From positions 237,295-301,294 of the forward strand of contig BCKQ01000017.1 of the NCBI GenBank assembly GCA_001600695.1: a DNA stretch of 64,000 bases. The letters are read 5' to 3'. Shown here one piece after another: positions 57,162 through 64,000 of the stretch. Made by a program: the position numbers and the translations under genes. This DNA comes from Ascoidea asiatica JCM 7603. Its lineage: Eukaryota; Fungi; Ascomycota. The first letter of the stretch is position 1, and the number at the start of each line of letters is the position of its first letter. The notes below the pieces were generated by a model that worked only from the letters and a program-made list of their open reading frames with translations, ran no database searches and had not been told where the DNA came from.

Positions 57162-57700
57162 TTAATAAGTGGTGGTTAAAGTAAAATTAATGTAAGTGGT
57201 TGCTAAACTTTGGAAAGATATTATACAAGAAACTGAATCACTCCTTGTGACGCTCTTATAAGCTTTCACAGTAACATATTCAATTTAACCCATCCGAATT
57301 AGTAATAGAAGTTTCAATGGCTGAATCAATTGAATCAGCAGCAATATAGTCTGAAGAATCTTATAATAAATCTACAATAACTAATTGTGTGACAATATCT
57401 GAATCAGAAGTAGCTTCAGTTCAATTTTGTGTCGAATTTACAAAATGATTTGAAAATGAGGAAACATTGAAAGTTAAAATTGAATTAGAGGTTGAATTGA
57501 AAGATTTTGAGTAATCATCAACTGATGAAATTGCATTAGTTGTATTATTATATTTTGACATTAAGTATATAACTACTTTTTTTTTTCTACACGAGTACCA
57601 ACAGTACAACAAGTAGAATCAATCCAATTTAAACCACCACATTGAAGTTAATGATACAATCAAGTACAAAACATAAATTCCCCAAAGTGAATTTAACCAT
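57162..57700 (-). pseudogene. Frameshifted secreted CBM1 (fungal cellulose-binding module) plus Ser/Thr-rich protein
   Basis: MVKFTLGNLCFVLDC from ATG 57700, frameshift, QCGGLNWIDSTCCTVGT from 57644, A10 run, ACT-TAA-TGT remnant, then an S/T-rich stretch with in-frame stops. Confidence 0.72.
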
Positions 57701-58014
57701 TTAAAACACTGAAGCTGACAGACATCTTGAACACTTCACTATAAAATATTCAAACATCACGTGTTTTTGAATTTGTTGTTGAGAGCGTTGATGGAAATCA
57801 AAGTTACACACTGGATAAATGTAAAGCAATTTTGGTGATTTGAAAATGTTCAGAATCTAAAAACCTAAATTCCAGAATCAATTGTTATTACACTAATAGA
57901 TTACTTACTTAAATTTCGTATATTATAAAGAAAAGAGAAAAAGAAAGAAGCTAAAAGGAATAAAACAAAGCTAACAAACGCTTTCCAAATATTATTAAAG
58001 AAGTTTCAGAAATT

Positions 58015-58899
58015 ATGCTTAAAGTAGTTTGCCAGTTTTGTCGTATTTCTGGATCTTATGTTCAGAAAAATAGTTCATCAAACTCAAAAAGATTTTTCAC
58101 TTCTTATACTAGCCCAGCTCTATCGGGTCATAATAAATGGTCGACTATAAAACATGATAAAGCCAAAAATGATGCTCAAAAAAACAAAATAGCTAATAAG
58201 TATTCTAGTTCGATTTCTGTTGCAGTAAAATTAGGAGGTCCAAATCCTGAAAATAATGTTAGTTTGGCTGCTGCCATTGAGGCTGCAAAAAGAAATAATG
58301 TTACAAAAGTTGTTATTGAGAAAGCTATCAAAAGAGGAAACGGTGAATTAGATAAAAATAGCAAAGGTGCTGATATGTATACTTATGAATTTATAGGACC
58401 AGGTGGTGTTAGTTTTGTTATTGAAACTTTAAGTGATAACAAAAATCGGGCTTTAGGTGATTTAAGATCTTGCTTTTCAAAATATAAAGGAACGTTATCA
58501 CCAACTTTATTCAATTTTGATCGTACTGGTTTCATAATATTGGATAAAGGACAAGACCTCAATGAAGAATCAGTTTTTAATGAAATTTTAGAAGCTGGCT
58601 GTGAAGATTATTCAACTATTGAAGATGCTCAAGATGAAAATGGAAAACCAATATTAGATTCTGACAATAATCCAAGAATCTATGAAGTTTTAACTAGCCC
58701 TTCCGATGTTGGTAATGTTGCCTCTAAATTAAAAGAAAGATTCGTTATAAAGGAAATGGGTATACAATATTTGCCTAAGCCAGATCTATTGGTTTCAATA
58801 ACAAATCCTGATGTTAAAGAAAAATTTAAAAAATTAGTTTCAATGCTTGAAGATGTCGATGATGTTACTGAAATTTATACTAACTTGGCTGAAGACTAA
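58015..58899 (+). CDS. DPC29: TACO1/YebC-family mitochondrial translational activator (YGR021W/DPC29-like)
   Basis: SGHNKWSTIKHDK, IEKAIKRG, YEFIGPGGV, ETLSDNKNR, LEDVDDVTEIYTN; presequence-like N-terminus. Confidence 0.93.
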   Translation: MLKVVCQFCRISGSYVQKNSSSNSKRFFTSYTSPALSGHNKWSTIKHDKAKNDAQKNKIANKYSSSISVAVKLGGPNPENNVSLAAAIEAAKRNNVTKVVIEKAIKRGNGELDKNSKGADMYTYEFIGPGGVSFVIETLSDNKNRALGDLRSCFSKYKGTLSPTLFNFDRTGFIILDKGQDLNEESVFNEILEAGCEDYSTIEDAQDENGKPILDSDNNPRIYEVLTSPSDVGNVASKLKERFVIKEMGIQYLPKPDLLVSITNPDVKEKFKKLVSMLEDVDDVTEIYTNLAED

Positions 58900-59229
58900 T
58901 AAAGGTTCAAATTCCCAATTGTACAAATTAAAATCAAGATTGATATTATAAGATAAAAGTTAAAATATTAAAGCCTGTAAATAAAATAAGTCTTTGAATA
59001 ATATATAGATGAACGTTCAAAAATATTTGAAGCAGAAAGTAAATATAAAAAACCTTTGAAAACAATTTTTTTTCACAAAAACAAAGATAAGATTGAGACT
59101 TCCTTGCTACAATCAAAGCTTTACTGAAAGTACTTAATGTGCAAACTTTTTCACCCTTGAAGAATAGCTAAGTATCTTTGTAGTAATTGTTACTAATTCG
59201 GCTTAGATTTTGCTTTTTGAAATAAGAAC

Positions 59230-60648
59230 TTAACGATTTGGATTAAGAATAAAACCAGAAAAAAATTTTACAGAACGAAATACTTCTTTTCCAACCGGAG
59301 TAATATATTTTGGGGGCAATAGAAACCCACGAGATCCAGTATCTCTTAGTTTTATCTGGAATGCCCAAAAAGCTCTTTGATGGTACATGTAATCCAAACT
59401 ACTACCACTACCAAGCCCCGGCATTAAATTACTATTACGATCCTTACAAGCCGATAAAACCCTATACTTTTTACCACTTTTCCCTCTGATTGCCTTTGCT
59501 AAGTCATAACCTAATTCTATCAAGTTTTCTTCATCTCTTGGTATTTCGTTGCAAGAATAAGCATATGGATATAATATCTCTTGAGAGTAGGAATGTAAAT
59601 CAATATAGCCATATATCTTAAAGTCTTTTTTAGTTATGTTTAAATAATGATTAAATTCTTTAGCTTCAATAGCTTCGAATGGATTTTCTCCAGCATAATC
59701 TTCATCACAGGGATAATCGTTATCATCAGTTTGAGTCCAATGATAATCAAAAGAGTGATCAATATCTATTCCAAAACATTTAGGAATATATGTCTCTTGT
59801 CTATTTTTACGCCATAATCGGTCATGATTCCATGAATATTCATATCCATCAGGATTCATTATAGGAATAAATAAAAAGTTTAGCTTATTTAAATATTTTG
59901 TTTCCTTTTTTCTATTACCATATCTTGCTAATAGTTCTGACATCACATAAATTGAAGTAGTTGTTGATATCCATTCCCTTGCATGAATTCCCCCAGTTAT
60001 AATAATTGTTTTATTTTTGGGATTTTTATTGGTAAATTGTTTGGCACTTACATAATAAGCTTTAATATCTCTTCCTTCATGAGTGTGACCTATAAATTCC
60101 ATAGTTACTAAATGGGGATATAATTCTGCTAATTTATCTAACCATTGATAAATGATGTTCAAAGGTCTATACTCTGCTAAAAATAATCTTGTAGAGTTTT
60201 CTACTGAGTACGGGTCTAAAAATTTGCTGTTGATTCCAATGGATTCAAATAATTCAACTGTAGAATTTGAGCGATTAGGAAATGTTTCAAATATTGTTTG
60301 AGGTAGATCGTCAATTATTACTTCATAATCAATTTTAGCTGAATATGGATTCTGAGCTTGAATAAGGTTAAAAAAAGTACCCATTTGCGTTAAGGATAAG
60401 CAAATGTCAACAAAATTTTCATTCATAGACCAGATGCTGAAATTCATTTTTTTTGCAGTTTTTATAACAGATATCTTTGATAATTCATATATGCCATGAA
60501 ATTTAAGCCTCACAACAACTTCCTCTTTATATTTCAATAAATCTATTGGCCATTCTTTCTGAGGTAGCTGAGAATAATGCAAATATGCTTGAACTTTGAG
60601 CGAGAAGAACAATGCATTAAGGAATAGTAAACTTATTGAAAGTTTCAT
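59230..60648 (-). CDS. ECM14: M14 metallocarboxypeptidase-like Ecm14
   Basis: GIHAREWIS, NPDGY, DRLWRKNRQ, DIDHSF, DLHSYSQ; AFQIKLRD carries the Glu-to-Lys change typical of Ecm14. Confidence 0.94.
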   Translation of the reverse strand: MKLSISLLFLNALFFSLKVQAYLHYSQLPQKEWPIDLLKYKEEVVVRLKFHGIYELSKISVIKTAKKMNFSIWSMNENFVDICLSLTQMGTFFNLIQAQNPYSAKIDYEVIIDDLPQTIFETFPNRSNSTVELFESIGINSKFLDPYSVENSTRLFLAEYRPLNIIYQWLDKLAELYPHLVTMEFIGHTHEGRDIKAYYVSAKQFTNKNPKNKTIIITGGIHAREWISTTTSIYVMSELLARYGNRKKETKYLNKLNFLFIPIMNPDGYEYSWNHDRLWRKNRQETYIPKCFGIDIDHSFDYHWTQTDDNDYPCDEDYAGENPFEAIEAKEFNHYLNITKKDFKIYGYIDLHSYSQEILYPYAYSCNEIPRDEENLIELGYDLAKAIRGKSGKKYRVLSACKDRNSNLMPGLGSGSSLDYMYHQRAFWAFQIKLRDTGSRGFLLPPKYITPVGKEVFRSVKFFSGFILNPNR

Positions 60649-61510
60649 CTTTTACTGGATTTTATAGTTGATACACTTACTATTAATTTAAAAAATAGAA
60701 AATAGCTGGGGGATCCCACTTGAATTACTCGAAGGCTGAATAAAAGGAATTATGCTCAACATCAATTTTGAATGTTTATTGATTTTTGATCATAAGGCAA
60801 GAGAACATCTACAGAAGACGCCAAAGACGAAGAAGCCGAGAAAATCGAAGCTAAAAACCGATGTTCCGCCTGGCGGAAATTCAAAAAGTCCAATTCGTTG
60901 TGATAAAAATCTAAGGATTGCATTATCAGATCCTTAATGACACTTCAAAAAATAGAACAAATAATAGACCTTGAAGCAAATGAAATTTTACAAAAAAAAA
61001 AAAAAAAAATGAAGTCCAAAACAATAGTCGCGTGATATTATATAATCTTGAAACTTTTTTTTATTGAGATTTAGTATCTCGGTCCGTAAAATTTAGTTTA
61101 CCCAACGAACCACTAGTGCCGCCTGGGTCCATTTTGGGGCCAAAACCCCATCCTAGATTTGTTTTCCCGCTGGTTTTTTCGAGCATTGATTTTTATTGAA
61201 GGTAGAATCCAGGCAATTTAAGTAGATCAAAAAATAGAAAATTAATTCCATTTTTTATAAAAAGCGAACCTCACCTAAGAGTAGTAGTTAAAATGATTAC
61301 TTTTCTTTAACAATTCAAGTGTAGCTGTAGAAACTGTTTTTGATATTCTATATCTTTTGAAAATTTCTCAAGTGGTTTAAGGGGCAAGTAACGAAAAATA
61401 AAATTAAAAAACTTAATGCCCACTAGGTACATATGGAGATTGTATTCGAAATGTTTAAGTGAACAAAACATAAGTGAGAATTGAAAATTAAAAAAAGAGG
61501 AAAATTTAAA

Positions 61511-63376
61511 TTATTGATAAACATCATTTGAAGCATTTATACTGTCAAACCTACTTCGTAAAATAGTAATTCTATTACCGATGGTAACAATGAACTTTTC
61601 TACCATTTGTCTATCTCCAAAATCTAGAGTGTTACCAACAGTTATAATATCTTGATCGTCGAAATTAAAAGCAGTCAACTTGTTCGGAGAATTTAATGGT
61701 GAACCATGAGTTGAGAGATATTCAGCTTTCAGGATTGAAGAATTTTTCGTAGTATTCAGATCATTAGAATCATTGAACGATGGATCATCATCCACCAAAG
61801 CTTCCAACATCCACAAAGCTGTTCTATAATCTATTTCACAAGAAACCAAATCCTCCGCAACCAATTCATTAACGGCTGCACCTCTAGAAATCTCCAAAGC
61901 TCTATCAAAAATCAATCTTTCCGGATATACTTCAGACTTTAATAGTGGTGAATTTGAATTTTTGATAATATCATTAATCTTGATAGTCAAAAATTGAGCT
62001 TTATCTAAGCACTCATTAAATTCATTTCTACAATTCTGTACAACAGTGTTTAATCTTAGGGAAGCTTGTTTTTGAATGCCTTCACTACTTGTATTAGTAT
62101 ACCACCAATCAGCTGTTAATTTCATCGCTTTAGCCAATAAAGATAAACACTTATAATATAATGCATACCCCTCTTCAGCGATGTTCTTTACAGTCAAGGG
62201 AGGTAACACATTATCATCAATTAAATAATCATCAGTATCTGAATCATCATCAATAGCAGAAGAAGGAGGTGCTGGTATTATTTGAGCAAATTTGGTATCT
62301 GCATAAGTTTTTATAGCGTGGGATTTTGCAGCAAGAGGCTCTAGCTGAAGAATTAATTCAATATCATTTTCCGACTTTGTGATAGCATTATTGTTATTAG
62401 AAATATGATTTACATTATTTTGAGATTGCGATGAACCAGATGATAGAGGAGAATAATTTAAAACTATGTTGGCATTGGGAGAATTATTATTTGAGTTTGG
62501 AATTTTTATATTGTTACCAAATAATCTATTTGAAGCTAAGCCCAAAGCTTTTGACAAAGGATTTGAAGGAGATAAGGAAATAGAAATTCGTCTGTCGAAA
62601 CTTGGTCTTCTTTGATTGAAAGAACCTCTTTGGGATTTCGAATGATTGTGATGAGTGATGTTTATGTTGGCGTTGTCTAAAACTGGGGATGTAACATTGA
62701 AATTATGGTTATTATCAGCAATATTATTATTATTCATATCATAATCAATGTCAGATTTATTCCTATTTTGATTAACTGAGCTCAAATTAAATTGATAGTT
62801 TTGATACGGTTTGAACTTTTTAGCTAAAATGTTATTATTGTTAAATTGACTTGCAACCCCTCCACCGCCGAAGTTTTCTAATTCATCAGCCAAAGCATTG
62901 ACTTCGACACTTTTCTTTTCAACAACAACATAATCTTTTTCAATGATTTGAGAGACTACAGAGTCTTTGACCTTGTTAGAGATTGATTTAGAGTGAAATT
63001 TGGGATTCAGGGACAGAACTTTTATTTTTTCATTTGAGCCATCGGCTTTTTGGGAAATTACACCTAAAGGCACCGAAACCAAAGTATTTACTTTTGAATC
63101 TTTTTGAATGAAAGTATTATTCATAGAATTATCAGCCAACAAACTTCTTTTGATTTTAGTATTTAGGTTATTTAAGTTATTAGATTTAGGGACCTTATCA
63201 TTAACAGAATTTTTATCGATAGGTAGATTTGGAGGCAATGACTCATTCTTACCATTTACATTACGATTTTTATTTTTGTTCTTGTCATTATAATTATCAT
63301 TATTATCTTTATCATTATCATTATTATCATGATTATCTTTATCTTTATCATTATCATTATCATTATTATTATCATT

Positions 63377-63407
<31 letters not shown>

Positions 63408-64000
63408 TTACTATTAAAATAAGTTTTATTGTAAGTTTCATTATTAGTGGTGTTATTATTATTAGGAATTCTTGAATCATTTATATATTCAGAAATATAC
63501 AAACTTTGATCGATTTTATTTGGATCCATAAAATTTTGATTTAGATTAGAATTTGAATCTGAGCTGAAATCTTGATTATATTTTGATAAATTATAGTTAA
63601 CTAAATCATTTTGAAAAAATTCAGTATAAGAAATTCTTTCATTTGGATTTAATTTCAATAGGTTCAAAATTAAATTCTTTAAATTTAAGTTGATTTTGAA
63701 ATTTGAGTTCTCATAAAAATTAATATTATTTTTTTGTAATTTAATTTTCTTCAACAATTCTATATGATTATTTGCTTTGAAAGGAGGTTTACCAAAAGTC
63801 ATTTCATATAATACAGTCCCAACAGACCATAAATCAGCTTTTGCATTATACTTTTCATAATTTAAGATTTCTGGAGCCATATATAATGGAGAGCCACATA
63901 ATGTTTCGGCCAATGAAGTATTTGGTAAGATTCTTGCAAAACCAAAATCTGCAATTTTTAAAATTGGTAAATCATAAACACCTTTTAAGTTTAATTCATT
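61511..64000 (-). CDS. ATG1: Autophagy kinase Atg1, 5'-truncated by the window edge
   Basis: Frame open to 64000: LPILKIADFGFARILPNTSLAETLCGSPLYMAPE, KYNAKADLWSVG, DYVVVEKKSVEVNALADE, and C-terminal domain ERLIFDRALEISRGAAVNEL. Confidence 0.96.

Noticed and set aside
59230-60648. Loss of the catalytic Glu in the M14 peptidase as a novelty
   Set aside because: This is the known state of Ecm14 orthologues
61316-61330. TCAAGTGTAG resembling the U2 snRNA branch-pairing region
   Set aside because: The match stops before TATCTGTTCTT, and the U2 5' stem and Sm site are not evident
1668-63480. Numerous short or antisense ORFs in the track (e.g. 5112-5378, 11304-11630, 22167-23069, 35518-36006, 54190-54507, 63229-63480)
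   Set aside because: They are shadows of real genes or of Asn/Asp codon repeats, with low-complexity F/L/I translations and no recognisable motifs

Overview
Eukaryotic nuclear DNA from a very AT-rich budding yeast (Saccharomycotina). The composition, Asn-rich proteins and intron style suggest an Ascoidea-like lineage, but that is inference. The window holds 23 protein genes: MIR1, a degenerate Rho-like GTPase, DSN1, TRS20, a degenerate COMT-like ORF, SKT5/CHS4, PTC6, two tandem ATO/ADY2 paralogues, CTNNBL1, a CYSTM protein, SLD7, YIF1, CDC25, an Ish1/Msc1-family gene, HCA4/DBP4, an orphan membrane protein, a ketopantoate reductase, ALG11, an alpha/beta hydrolase, CHS5, VMA7, a TACO1-family gene and ECM14, plus the 3' part of ATG1 and one intron-containing tRNA-Ser(UGA). 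I reconstructed five coding-region spliceosomal introns that the ORF track misses, plus a probable VMA7 5'UTR intron. The most interesting items are: (1) an unannotated ~1.9 kb region of decayed genes between VMA7 and the TACO1 gene, containing a frameshifted secreted cellulose-binding-module (CBM1) gene and a second decayed ORF; (2) two intact ORFs whose catalytic motifs are eroded (Rho-like, COMT-like); (3) relaxed splice signals together with a retained CTNNBL1; (4) sharply GC-rich, palindrome-dense intergenic islands beside extremely AT-rich coding DNA. I found no transposon, CRISPR array or rRNA, and no complete novel multi-gene system that I can demonstrate.
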